DNA of 64,000 bases from the NCBI RefSeq assembly GCF_000507245.1, contig NC_023035.1, forward strand, positions 2,335,570 through 2,399,569. The letters are read 5' to 3'. This stretch comes from Salinispira pacifica (lineage in GTDB: Bacteria > Spirochaetota > Spirochaetia > DSM-27196 > Salinispiraceae). The notes beneath the pieces are model-generated. The model was not told the origin of the DNA. It searched no databases and was given only the letters and a program-made list of their open reading frames with translations. Both the position numbers and the translations under genes were made by a program. Positions 36,679 through 45,944 of this stretch are shown piece by piece (positions within the stretch are counted from its first letter, which is position 1; the number at the start of each line of letters is the position of its first letter).

Positions 36679-37818
36679 ATGACACTTCTCATGTTTCTTA
36701 TGCTCCCGGGCATCTGGATCTCTCAGGCCGCAGCGGAAACCGGCACGTCGGTGGAACTGGACCTGTATAACGGTATTCTCATGAATCCCGAACCGGACAA
36801 CATTGAGCTTCGGTATCTGGCAGGAGGTTCGGGAAAAATACGCCTGGAGGCACGGGGAAACAGGAACGTCCGGGGTGAACTCAGCATCGCCGCAGACCTG
36901 GGCCTCACCTACACCCTGACAATCGATACGGCATATATCCGCACCCGCCTGGGTCCACTTCGCCTTACTGCGGGAAAGACCAGAATCAGCTGGGGTGAAG
37001 GTACCGTGTTCAACGCTGCAGATGTAATCATGGGCTCCACCGATCTGGATGTGGACCTCACATCCGCGGAGTTCAGGAGTGAAACTGACTGGTTGAGTGC
37101 CCTGTACCTTCCACTGGGCCGCTTTTCCTTCATAGAGGCCATTGTACTCCCCCCCATGCCCGATACACAGGCATACCAGGACTATATGAGCGGGCTCATA
37201 AGCGATCCTTTCCCGCCGATATCAGATACGGGACTGGGAGTACGTAGTTCCTTCACCTTTGAACGCTTTTTGGGAATCAAGCTGGAAACGGGGTACTTTT
37301 ACACCGGCAGCGCCGACAGCCACACCGGGTATCTCAGTCTCCAGGGCGGCACCGGGCTGAACTGGCACCTGAGCAGTTCCCTTGAGATGACCGGCGATAG
37401 CTTTGGAAGCGGTGCCGATGCGTTTTTCCAGGGACTCACCGCCAGCGGAGGTCTCTACTCGCTGAACGATGTCTCTTCACGGGTCAGCATGAATGTCCGC
37501 ATGGAAGCCCTCTACAACTACAGCGGTGAATTCATCGAAGTGGAGAATCCAGATCCTGCGAACCCTCCGGAATACGGAATATACGGATACTTCGACTTCT
37601 CCCTGGGCATTGATTCCAACCTGAACGTGTATCTCCGCTCAATTGTGAGTCCCGCAGACGGCTCGGCTTTGGTAATTCTCGGCAACACCTTCAATATATA
37701 TCAGGGATTTACCTTTTATACCAATGTGAGCGGGAGTTTCGGCGAAAGCAACGATACCTATGCCAACAGAAGGCTGGGCGGGTACGGCTTGGTCACCGGC
37801 ATCCGCTACATTTATTAA
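36679..37818 (+). CDS. Putative outer-membrane beta-barrel protein
   Basis: Signal peptide MTLLMFLMLPGIWISQAAA from the internal ATG. Alternating hydrophobic Gly/Tyr/Ser-rich strands throughout, and a C-terminal ...GIRYIY* ending in an aromatic residue, as in OM barrels. Confidence 0.45.
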   Translation: MTLLMFLMLPGIWISQAAAETGTSVELDLYNGILMNPEPDNIELRYLAGGSGKIRLEARGNRNVRGELSIAADLGLTYTLTIDTAYIRTRLGPLRLTAGKTRISWGEGTVFNAADVIMGSTDLDVDLTSAEFRSETDWLSALYLPLGRFSFIEAIVLPPMPDTQAYQDYMSGLISDPFPPISDTGLGVRSSFTFERFLGIKLETGYFYTGSADSHTGYLSLQGGTGLNWHLSSSLEMTGDSFGSGADAFFQGLTASGGLYSLNDVSSRVSMNVRMEALYNYSGEFIEVENPDPANPPEYGIYGYFDFSLGIDSNLNVYLRSIVSPADGSALVILGNTFNIYQGFTFYTNVSGSFGESNDTYANRRLGGYGLVTGIRYIY

Positions 37819-37881
37819 GCAGCATATTTAAGGTACAAAGCCGCATATTTCAGGTACCAGGCCGCATATTCCAGGAAAGCC
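37819..37881. repeat. Three imperfect 21-bp tandem direct repeats (gcNgcatattt(a/c)aggtac...) in the convergent intergenic gap
   Basis: Seen directly: gcagcatatttaaggtacaaa / gccgcatatttcaggtaccag / gccgcatattccaggaaagcc. Confidence 0.7.
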
Positions 37882-37894
37882 CACAGGGCCGGTT

Positions 37895-38725
37895 TCATAG
37901 CCGTTGATCCATATAGGCAACGGCAAAATCCACCAGTTCCCGTGAGGGAAGAATACGAACGGTTCCTATACCAAGGCTCAGTGTTTTCCATAGTTCGGGG
38001 TGTTCTGTACAGAAGGCCTCTCCGATCTCCTGGAAGAGATCGCTGTTGAAATCAATATCCCGGTATTCTTCCCATTGAGTTTTCCCGTTTTTCACGGACA
38101 CCGGTGCACGGTAACTGCATTGCTTATCCCGTGAGTCTGCGGCCCTGCATTCGGCCAGATGAAGCATGGTGCAGTTTTCGAACCCCACGCCCATGAGGAG
38201 AATTTTCACATTCCGGTCATACAGCCGGGCGAGGGGGCTGTGCTCCCCCATTGAGAAATCCATGGGATGGGGTTCCAGGATGGATGATGCGTCCGGGCCC
38301 ATACAGGCTATGCTGTAGTGGGGGTGGCTGCTTCGCTTCACCCCCGGCAGCGTACGGAACAGTTCCGGGGTGCGCCCCAGCCTTCTGCAGCTGGCGGTAT
38401 GAAGGTCAAAGGGGGGCATGGAATCCATCACCTGATCAATCCAGCCCTCAGGTACCGGGGGGTTTTCCCACAGTCCGGGATCACTGATATCATTGCTGTG
38501 GGCGGGCATGACAATATGCCCCCGTTCTCCCACCGCATCCTTCACTCCCTGAATCAGTGCCAGCGGACCTCCGCAGATCCAGCCGATATTATTCAGGGAA
38601 ACATGCAGCATCACATCACTGCCCGACTCAAGGGGGCTGAGCGCATCCCGCACATCCTTCCGGGTCACCGGTCCGGACCCGGTTTTCAGCATCAGGCGGT
38701 ACTCCGCCTCGTATCGTGGTTCCAT
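37895..38725 (-). CDS. Aminoglycoside N3-acetyltransferase-family protein (AAC(3)/YokD-like, PF02522 fold)
   Basis: ...VMLHVSLNNIGWICGGPLALIQGVKDAVGERGHIVMPAHSNDISDP...PPFD... reproduces the AAC(3) family core (VMVHSSLS.IG.V.GG...VI.AL.D.VG..GTLVMPTHS). Confidence 0.6.
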   Translation of the reverse strand: MEPRYEAEYRLMLKTGSGPVTRKDVRDALSPLESGSDVMLHVSLNNIGWICGGPLALIQGVKDAVGERGHIVMPAHSNDISDPGLWENPPVPEGWIDQVMDSMPPFDLHTASCRRLGRTPELFRTLPGVKRSSHPHYSIACMGPDASSILEPHPMDFSMGEHSPLARLYDRNVKILLMGVGFENCTMLHLAECRAADSRDKQCSYRAPVSVKNGKTQWEEYRDIDFNSDLFQEIGEAFCTEHPELWKTLSLGIGTVRILPSRELVDFAVAYMDQRL

Positions 38726-38759
38726 GGAATGATTTTACCCGGTACAAAGTTCTGTGTCA

Positions 38760-39803
38760 TCATTCCCTGAACAGCGCTTCATCTTCTATCTGGTCGTCAT
38801 AACTGGCAAATACGCTTGCACGATCCGGTTTGCTTGCCCCCGGCGGCATGAGGTCAAGCACCACCTGACCGTCCAGGGCCTGAAATACCGGCATTCCCTG
38901 GAAGCTCCCCCGCTTACCGTACTCCCCCACATGTTCCCCCAGACCGCCGCCGAATCGTCCCTTGAGGATCAGAACATTCCGGATAATCCGCCGCTCCCCC
39001 TGAAACTCCAGGGTAAGGGGCACCGGAATATACTGGCCGTTGAAGGCCCGGTTTTTCCGGTCGATTCCTGCGAGGCTGTCTTCCGTCCAGTTGATATGTG
39101 CCCGTGTACGGGCCAGCTGGATGGACGCATGTACACCGTTCATCATTTCCTGGGATACGGGCAGCACCTCACCCCGGTGCATAAGCTTCACAAGGCTTTT
39201 GATATGCCGAATCCCCGCATAGCAGGTGCGGTTGAGAAGGGATGCCGGGGTTTCGCGCCTTCGGATTGATACCGCCGGAGTGCGCCAGATTATTTCCCCG
39301 GCGTCGTACTGTTCGCTTACCCGGTGTACCGTTCCATAAAAACTCTGCATATCGCTGAGAATAGCCCAGGTTTCCGCCTCAAAGCCCCTGAGGGCAGGTA
39401 GAGGCCCCGGGTGAAAATTGATGAACCCCAGCCTGGGTGCGGAAAACAGGTCGGGAGGAAGCCATGATCCAAAGTATACAACTCCCAGGCTGTAGTTTTC
39501 CCTTCTGAACGTTTCCAGCCACTCCTGCCAGCCGGCGTTCCGGTCAGGATCGGAGAAACTTTTCAGGATCTTTTTCCTGGGCTGTCTGAGAATGGCCGGG
39601 ATGTGATGAATCCTGCATCCTTTGAACCGCTGATGGTTGAGCCTGTCCCCGGGGCGTACATACAGCCCCTCCACCTTCACCCCCTGATTAATCAGGGCGC
39701 GAACCAGATCTGCACCGCTGTCCCGCCGGGATGCAGGACGGTGACTTCCAATGAATACGCATACTTTTTCCCGCTGCCTGGGCGTAGCTGCCATGTTCTG
39801 CAC
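38760..39803 (-). CDS. Formyltransferase-family protein (Fmt/ArnA-N-like fold; not a canonical methionyl-tRNA formyltransferase)
   Basis: N-terminal ...KVCVFIGSHR...LINQGVKVEGLYV... and the substrate-loop motif INFHPGPLPALRGFEAETWAIL (compare Fmt NVHASLLPRWRGAAPIQ), plus a C-terminal Fmt-like domain. Its start abuts the cyclase stop. Confidence 0.5.
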   Translation of the reverse strand: MQNMAATPRQREKVCVFIGSHRPASRRDSGADLVRALINQGVKVEGLYVRPGDRLNHQRFKGCRIHHIPAILRQPRKKILKSFSDPDRNAGWQEWLETFRRENYSLGVVYFGSWLPPDLFSAPRLGFINFHPGPLPALRGFEAETWAILSDMQSFYGTVHRVSEQYDAGEIIWRTPAVSIRRRETPASLLNRTCYAGIRHIKSLVKLMHRGEVLPVSQEMMNGVHASIQLARTRAHINWTEDSLAGIDRKNRAFNGQYIPVPLTLEFQGERRIIRNVLILKGRFGGGLGEHVGEYGKRGSFQGMPVFQALDGQVVLDLMPPGASKPDRASVFASYDDQIEDEALFRE

Positions 39804-42734
39804 CTATTTCTGCTGGGGCCGGAGGATTCCGTCCCAGGGTTCGGGTTCACGTCCACGCTTGCGGGCTTCTTCCCGCTCGATGTGGTACCGGTCGATACAG
39901 GAAATAAACAGATCCGCAATTGCACGGTTGAATGGATCCTCCCTGATGGTCATGAACAGATCGTAGGCGGTCTGCATATTTCCTGCTTCAAAAGCTGCGA
40001 CCCCATCATTCAGAATCTGCTTGTTTCGAAGCTTGGCCTCAATCTCCTCCTCGGGCAGACCATTGAGAATCTCGTATACGCTCCGGGCCTGCTGCCTGCC
40101 CACCACCTGTATCCGTCCCATGTAGCGCTTCAGGTATTCATCGGCGGTGCTCATCGCCTCAAGGGCGTCGCTGCTGACGATGATGGAAGCGCCCATCTGC
40201 TTGGAGAGGGTCTCCAGTCTGGCGGCGAGGTTCACCGAGTCGGAGATCACCGTCCCCTGCATTCGATTCTCATCCCCCAGAATACCCAGCATCAGATCGC
40301 CGGTATGAATGCCTGCTCCCACCCGGATCTCCGGCTGCCCCTGTTCACGCTGTTCCCTGTTGTAACCGTTCAGCCGGGTAATCATGGCCACCGCCGCCTG
40401 CACTGCGTCATCGGCGCTGTCGGGAAAGAGAGCCATTATAGCGTCTCCGATATATTTATCGATAAAACCCCGTCGTTCCCGGATGACCGGCCCCACCATG
40501 CTCAGATAGGCGTTGAGAAAGTTGAAATTTTCATCCGGACTCATGCTCTCGGAGATGGCCGTAAAGCGCCTGATATCAGAGAACATGATCGTCATGGTTT
40601 TCTGCACCTGGTCTCCCAGCTTCACTTCCGTAAGATCGCTGAGATCCAGATATTTCAGAAACTGGTCGGGAAAGAACCGGCGGTAGCTCTCGTTCATATT
40701 TTCTATCTGCTGAAGATAGGTGTTGATGGAACGGCTCATGAAATTAAACCGCTTGCCCAGGTCGCTCACCTCATCGTTGCTTGTGAGCCGGATCTGGTAA
40801 TCCCAGTCCCCTTCGGCAATCCGCTCAACCCCGTTGCGTAAAATCCGCAGACTCCGGAGAATCATCACCGTCATGATCATAATAAAAACCACAATCAGGG
40901 CGGCAATCAGGGTCATCACCATCATGGTCCTGGAATAGAGCTCCCTGGCATTCTCATTAAAACTGTATAAGTCGCTGCCGATCTCCAGAAGAGCCACCAC
41001 CTGATTGCTGGAATCGTAGATCGGGCCCACGCCGTACAGCCAGTTGCCGCTGATATCCTGTACCTGTTCGAACACCACATCCCCTTCATTGGCTTTCCGG
41101 TACACGCTCTGGGGATCCTCATACCAGTTGAAGGGATGACGGAGGCCGATACGGTTATTCAGATACATAAACCCGTACAGGTTCTCATCCACAACCTGAT
41201 ACAGGGCGAAATACAGCCCTTCGTTCCAACTGTCCAGGTTGTAATTCAAGGCTTGCCGGAGATCGTTGCGTATCTGCTGATATTCTGCATTCATGTAATC
41301 ATCCATCCCGCGTATTTCATGGAACAGATCCCCGTCCACGCTTTGTCCGATGGTCTGGGTAAGAGCCAGAATTGTATCGATATTATTCTGCTCATAGGAA
41401 TCGATGAAGCTGCTTAAAAGAATGGTGGAAATGAGGAAAATTCCCCCGGCCATCAGCGGTACGATGATCAACAACTGCTTGAATACCAGAGATATCCGCC
41501 TCTTGAGAATATAAATATAGGTGTGAACCACCAGCGCCGCCAGGGCCAATCCTCCTGCAATGAGTCCCGTCCACCAGAGAAACGCCCTGACCCGCCACAT
41601 GGGCGGGATGTGATACTTTTCACTGTGTGTAATCCGGGAGTTGGCATCTCCCCCGTAGACCCCGTAATCATAGGTTGTGAGAAATCCGTTGGGGGAATAC
41701 CCCACCCGGTAATAGATAAACGGTTCATCCGAGTATCCCTTTCGGGACAGCAGCTCCCGATCCAGAACACTGCGGTATTCAACGGTGAAATTTGAGGAGT
41801 TCAGGAAGGAAATCAGGGGGATGGCTGCAATACGACGGTTGACCAGATCACTGACATACAGCCAGTCATCTCCGCCGATGGTCATATCCCAGAAATACTC
41901 GTCCGGAAGCCCGGGATCGTAAAAATAGCCGGCACCGCTATTCTGACTGGACGGGAATGACTCATCTTCCTCATCATCCGCCCGGACAGGTCCGGCGATA
42001 TCCACCCGGGACATTTCAGAGTAAATATCTCCGAGAATCATATGTCCCCGCTTATCCAGAATGATGTAATTCTCACCATCCACCCACTCAATATCCGCCA
42101 CATAGGCATTGGCGTCGGGAAAATAGCTTTCGCCGAGAATTTCCGTGGTTTCCCGTTCAAGAGATTTCCGGATGAACTGGATACCCGTATCCTGTACCAG
42201 AAAAAAATAGAGATAGCCCCGTTGAATCCGGGGACTGAAAATTTCTCCTCTCTGAATATACTCGGCCTTTTTCTCATCATACCTGCGCTGATACAGAATT
42301 CTGCGAAAATCGCCGTTCACCCCGTACTCCAGGATTTCCTCCCGCTGGATGAAGGTTCCTTTGTCATCCAGCACATAGTTGAGAATAAAAAAACTGTCTT
42401 CTTCTCCGGGAAGCACCAGGTCGGCATAGAAAAACCGTCCCTCTCTTCTGTCCCCTCCCCGGATTTCGGAGATCAACTCTCCTTCCTGGTCCGCCACAAG
42501 AATTCTTCTCAGGCTGGTGTCTATGACAATCGTTCTGTTCTGATCATCCTCCACGGCAAACTGGGGGAAATCCAGGACCGCATGACTCTGGAAAGGGTTT
42601 CTGTCACGCTCAGCAAAACCCGCCAGGATCAGAATAAGACTCACTCCCAGAACTCCCGATGCCACGGGAAGAATGCTTCTTCCAAGCTTCTGTATCCACG
42701 TCCGTTTATGATTATCAGTGCTTCGGCTGCTCAT
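39804..42734 (-). CDS. Membrane sensor adenylate/guanylate cyclase (class III): TM, NHL-repeat-like periplasmic domain, 2 TM, Cache-like periplasmic domain, TM, HAMP, cyclase
   Basis: 976 aa. HAMP (...RSLRILRNGVERIAEGDWDYQIRLTSNDEVSDLGKRFNFMSRSIN...). Class III cyclase core (TIMFSDIRRFTAISE...FIDKYIGDAIMALF...VGAGIHTGDLMLGILGDENRMQGTVISDSVNLAARLE). The periplasmic domains are paralogous to those of the adjacent gene. Confidence 0.8.
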   Translation of the reverse strand: MSSRSTDNHKRTWIQKLGRSILPVASGVLGVSLILILAGFAERDRNPFQSHAVLDFPQFAVEDDQNRTIVIDTSLRRILVADQEGELISEIRGGDRREGRFFYADLVLPGEEDSFFILNYVLDDKGTFIQREEILEYGVNGDFRRILYQRRYDEKKAEYIQRGEIFSPRIQRGYLYFFLVQDTGIQFIRKSLERETTEILGESYFPDANAYVADIEWVDGENYIILDKRGHMILGDIYSEMSRVDIAGPVRADDEEDESFPSSQNSGAGYFYDPGLPDEYFWDMTIGGDDWLYVSDLVNRRIAAIPLISFLNSSNFTVEYRSVLDRELLSRKGYSDEPFIYYRVGYSPNGFLTTYDYGVYGGDANSRITHSEKYHIPPMWRVRAFLWWTGLIAGGLALAALVVHTYIYILKRRISLVFKQLLIIVPLMAGGIFLISTILLSSFIDSYEQNNIDTILALTQTIGQSVDGDLFHEIRGMDDYMNAEYQQIRNDLRQALNYNLDSWNEGLYFALYQVVDENLYGFMYLNNRIGLRHPFNWYEDPQSVYRKANEGDVVFEQVQDISGNWLYGVGPIYDSSNQVVALLEIGSDLYSFNENARELYSRTMMVMTLIAALIVVFIMIMTVMILRSLRILRNGVERIAEGDWDYQIRLTSNDEVSDLGKRFNFMSRSINTYLQQIENMNESYRRFFPDQFLKYLDLSDLTEVKLGDQVQKTMTIMFSDIRRFTAISESMSPDENFNFLNAYLSMVGPVIRERRGFIDKYIGDAIMALFPDSADDAVQAAVAMITRLNGYNREQREQGQPEIRVGAGIHTGDLMLGILGDENRMQGTVISDSVNLAARLETLSKQMGASIIVSSDALEAMSTADEYLKRYMGRIQVVGRQQARSVYEILNGLPEEEIEAKLRNKQILNDGVAAFEAGNMQTAYDLFMTIREDPFNRAIADLFISCIDRYHIEREEARKRGREPEPWDGILRPQQK

Positions 42735-42756
42735 TGCTACTCCATTTCATTGATCT

Positions 42757-45700
42757 TCAATCTGCCTTACGAATGAATACATACGGGATTGCAATCACTG
42801 CGATGGCAATTCCCAGAAGGATCAGTCCCTGTCTCTGACCCAGAACCAGGACGGCGGCAAAAACCACCGGTCCAATGGTTTCGCCCAGCTTCCCCATCAG
42901 TTCGAAATATCCCGTGGCCCTGTCCTGTCCCACCACATGAACAATTTTCTGGGAGAAATAGAGTCCGTTCTGGCTGCTTACCGCAAATCCCTCGGTGAGC
43001 CCCATGAGAATCAGAACCAGTGCAGCGGACCAGATATTGCCGCTGAGACCCGCCAGAATTAACGCCGCACCCCACATCAGCGAACCCAGCAGGCTTCCCC
43101 AGAAGCTGCCCAGATGTTTTTCCACCAATCGGCTGAGGGGCGGACCCAGGTAGACAATAAAGAGCCCGTTCACAATGAGGAACCTGCCGATTTCCGGTGT
43201 GCTCAGTCCCCTGGCTTCGGCAAAGAGAGGGAAGTAAAAGCTCACGTATGCCGCTGCCACATAGGTGGGAAGAATCAGAAGGACAAAGTACATCCACAGC
43301 CGGGGACTGTGGATCATGGTAAGCAATGCCCTGCCATGTCCCAGTTCGCCCCGGGTATCCTGTTCCCAGAAAAACCGTGTATCCCGGTACAGGAATGCAA
43401 AAAGGATTCCGGTCATGCCGGTAAGGGCCATTCCCATGAGAAAAACATTCCGGTACCCCACCAATCCGGCAAGAGAGGCTCCAAGCACCAGTCCCACGTT
43501 TATTCCTGCTATCATGCCCGAATAAAAGTTGGAGTACGCCTGATTTCTGAGTTTTTCCCGTCCCTCTTTGTTGATGAAACTGCGAAGGGCAATATAGCCC
43601 ATACCGGTACCCAGACCCGTAAGAGACCGGGCCAAAAGAAAAGCCGGAAGAGATCCTGCCAGAGCGGAAAGCAGAAGCCCCAGAGCGCTGATAACCAGAC
43701 TTACTGCGAACACTCCCTTCCATCCCCTGTGGGCAATCAAAATGGAAGTCAAAACCGTGGCAATCCCGAAAAAGGCCATCTCAAGTGAAAGGGGCAGCGC
43801 AATTACCACATCCCTGCTCAATCCGGCCAGGGGCTGGTAGAGATCCCTGCTCAGCAAAGGCAGAAAGGCTATGGAGAAACTCACCGCAGTAAAGTAGAGA
43901 AACACCAGGGGTCGTGCAAGATTCCCGTCACTGAACCCTTCATCCCGGCTGCTCAACGGCGGAGTTGCCAGCCGGCGTTCTTTCAGCAGGGAGCTGAGAA
44001 CGGTGAGCTCTATCATCAACAGAATAAGAACAATGAGAACGGTAACCAGCTCCCAGATCAGCTCCCGGATGAGTACACGGTTTTCCTGGTTCATGGTGTA
44101 CAGATCTGTTCCCGTTTCGAAAAGAGCAACCACTTCGCCACGGCTGTTATAGATGGGTCCCACACCGTAGATCCAATCACCTGATATATCGGTATCCATC
44201 TCTGTTGCAATTCTTCCGTCCAGGGCGAGATCGTACACCCCGGGGTTTTCATCTCCCCCCAGCCAGTCGAAGGGATGATACATGGAAATGCCTCCATTCA
44301 TGTACATGAATCCGTAGAGCCGGTCATCGATTATCCGGTAGAGAGCAAAATAATATCCCTTGTTCCACTCGTCCCGGTTATTGTTGAACGCATCAATGAA
44401 GGTATTTCGAATCTCCATATACTCTTCATTCCCGAAATCCTCCTGGGATTCAATTTCACTGAAAGAATCACCGTCAATCACCAGGGGGAGCACCTGTATC
44501 ATCTGGGAAATTCTTTGAAAGATAATGCCGGTGTAGCGGTTGTTGAAATTGTTGATGAGAAGGAACGTACTCAGTGCTCCGACGGCAACGACCAGCAGGA
44601 CTACAGCCATGGAACGCACGAGAACAGGCGGGAGATTACCTTCAAAAATCCGTGAATATATGATCCACAGAAGCAAAACAGCCCCGGAGACGGTCAGGAT
44701 TACCCCGACCCACCACAGAATTCGTCCCAGAGTTCTGCCGGGTCCCAGCCTGGCGGAGGTGACAAAGCTGATATCACCTTGATCGTATATCACTATTCCT
44801 TCATCATTGGTTGTGTAAATCCTGCCATCCGGGGAAATATCCAGTCGGTAGTAATTGTACGGGTATAAATCCTCCAGGTTCATGGATGCCATGATCTGTT
44901 CCCTGCCGATGAGGGTTTCGCCTGAAACATTCCGAATTTCCTTATGCTCCAGGTCTACGAACACAATATCTCCGCCGGCGCTGCCCAGCTCCCATGGAAC
45001 AACCCCCGGAGGATTCTCGGAAGTTCCATTAAAGAGAATCCGGTTTTCCCCTGCTGCAGAAAGCCGGCGGATAGTTCCGTCCCTGAATGTTGCCACGGCA
45101 CCGGAAACGCTGTGTACTGCATCGGCAATATAGAGCATTGCCTGATCCACCTGAATGGGTTCAGCCTTCTGAATACGGTGAGGCACTGATCGGGATACTG
45201 CTGATTCTGCCTGTTCCTCTGTCTTTTGGGCTACCCGTTCCTCTGTATTTTCCGACGGGCCGTTCCCGTCGGGGAGAGAATATGTGATGGTTACCGGGGT
45301 AAGGGCATCCTCTTCAAGAATAAAAAAGCGGAGCATTCCCGGTTCCACAGCATTCAGTCCAAGAATTCTGTTCCGCTGTACAAGGGTGGGGTCGTTGTGT
45401 CCCGGAGGATATTCCCGTTCATACACCACCGAAAGCAGCTTTCCCCGGGGGCTGTAGAGCAAAATTCGTTCTCTGAGAACATAAAACCCTTTGGCATCCC
45501 GGGTTTCATCCAGGAGAAAAAGATACCCTTCCGGAGTCACACTGATCTGATTGGCATAAAAGAATCTGTTATCTTCCCGGGAACCCCCGTCAAGGCGGTA
45601 GACCAATTCCCCGTTCCCGGAGATTTTCGATACCCGTCTCAGGGATGTATCAATTACATAGTGATTACCGACGCTGTCTCCGGTGGCAAAGACCGGATAA

Positions 45701-45819
45701 TCAAATTCATAGCTGCTTCTGAGAGGATTTTCGAAACGGGAACCGCTTTCCAGAAAGAGAAGTCCGATTCCAGAGATAATCAGAACAACGGGTATAAGCC
45801 AGATATATCCTTTTTTCAT
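42757..45819 (-). CDS. Fusion protein: the same dual periplasmic sensor module (NHL-like plus Cache-like on 4 TM helices) fused to a C-terminal 12-TM MFS transporter domain
   Basis: 1020 aa from ATG 45819 (GGAG RBS). N-terminal 620 aa align with the cyclase N-terminus (VIDTSLRRV; GGSREDNRFFYA; DEWNKGYYFALYRIIDDRLYGFMYMNGGISMYHPFDW versus DSWNEGLYFALYQVVDENLYGFMYLNNRIGLRHPFNW). The C-terminal 400 aa is MFS-like (...LARSLTGLGTGMGY..., 12 hydrophobic helices). The ORF track extends to 45876. Confidence 0.65.
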   Translation of the reverse strand: MKKGYIWLIPVVLIISGIGLLFLESGSRFENPLRSSYEFDYPVFATGDSVGNHYVIDTSLRRVSKISGNGELVYRLDGGSREDNRFFYANQISVTPEGYLFLLDETRDAKGFYVLRERILLYSPRGKLLSVVYEREYPPGHNDPTLVQRNRILGLNAVEPGMLRFFILEEDALTPVTITYSLPDGNGPSENTEERVAQKTEEQAESAVSRSVPHRIQKAEPIQVDQAMLYIADAVHSVSGAVATFRDGTIRRLSAAGENRILFNGTSENPPGVVPWELGSAGGDIVFVDLEHKEIRNVSGETLIGREQIMASMNLEDLYPYNYYRLDISPDGRIYTTNDEGIVIYDQGDISFVTSARLGPGRTLGRILWWVGVILTVSGAVLLLWIIYSRIFEGNLPPVLVRSMAVVLLVVAVGALSTFLLINNFNNRYTGIIFQRISQMIQVLPLVIDGDSFSEIESQEDFGNEEYMEIRNTFIDAFNNNRDEWNKGYYFALYRIIDDRLYGFMYMNGGISMYHPFDWLGGDENPGVYDLALDGRIATEMDTDISGDWIYGVGPIYNSRGEVVALFETGTDLYTMNQENRVLIRELIWELVTVLIVLILLMIELTVLSSLLKERRLATPPLSSRDEGFSDGNLARPLVFLYFTAVSFSIAFLPLLSRDLYQPLAGLSRDVVIALPLSLEMAFFGIATVLTSILIAHRGWKGVFAVSLVISALGLLLSALAGSLPAFLLARSLTGLGTGMGYIALRSFINKEGREKLRNQAYSNFYSGMIAGINVGLVLGASLAGLVGYRNVFLMGMALTGMTGILFAFLYRDTRFFWEQDTRGELGHGRALLTMIHSPRLWMYFVLLILPTYVAAAYVSFYFPLFAEARGLSTPEIGRFLIVNGLFIVYLGPPLSRLVEKHLGSFWGSLLGSLMWGAALILAGLSGNIWSAALVLILMGLTEGFAVSSQNGLYFSQKIVHVVGQDRATGYFELMGKLGETIGPVVFAAVLVLGQRQGLILLGIAIAVIAIPYVFIRKAD

Positions 45820-45944
45820 GCAAAACTCCGGTATATTTGTTTTCACCCCGCCGCACCCGGCAGGGCTGCAGTGCATACCTACATTCTATGAGTCCCCGGG
45901 AAGGATTGCCAATACCAGGTGAAAAGAGGTAGATTCCACAAAGT

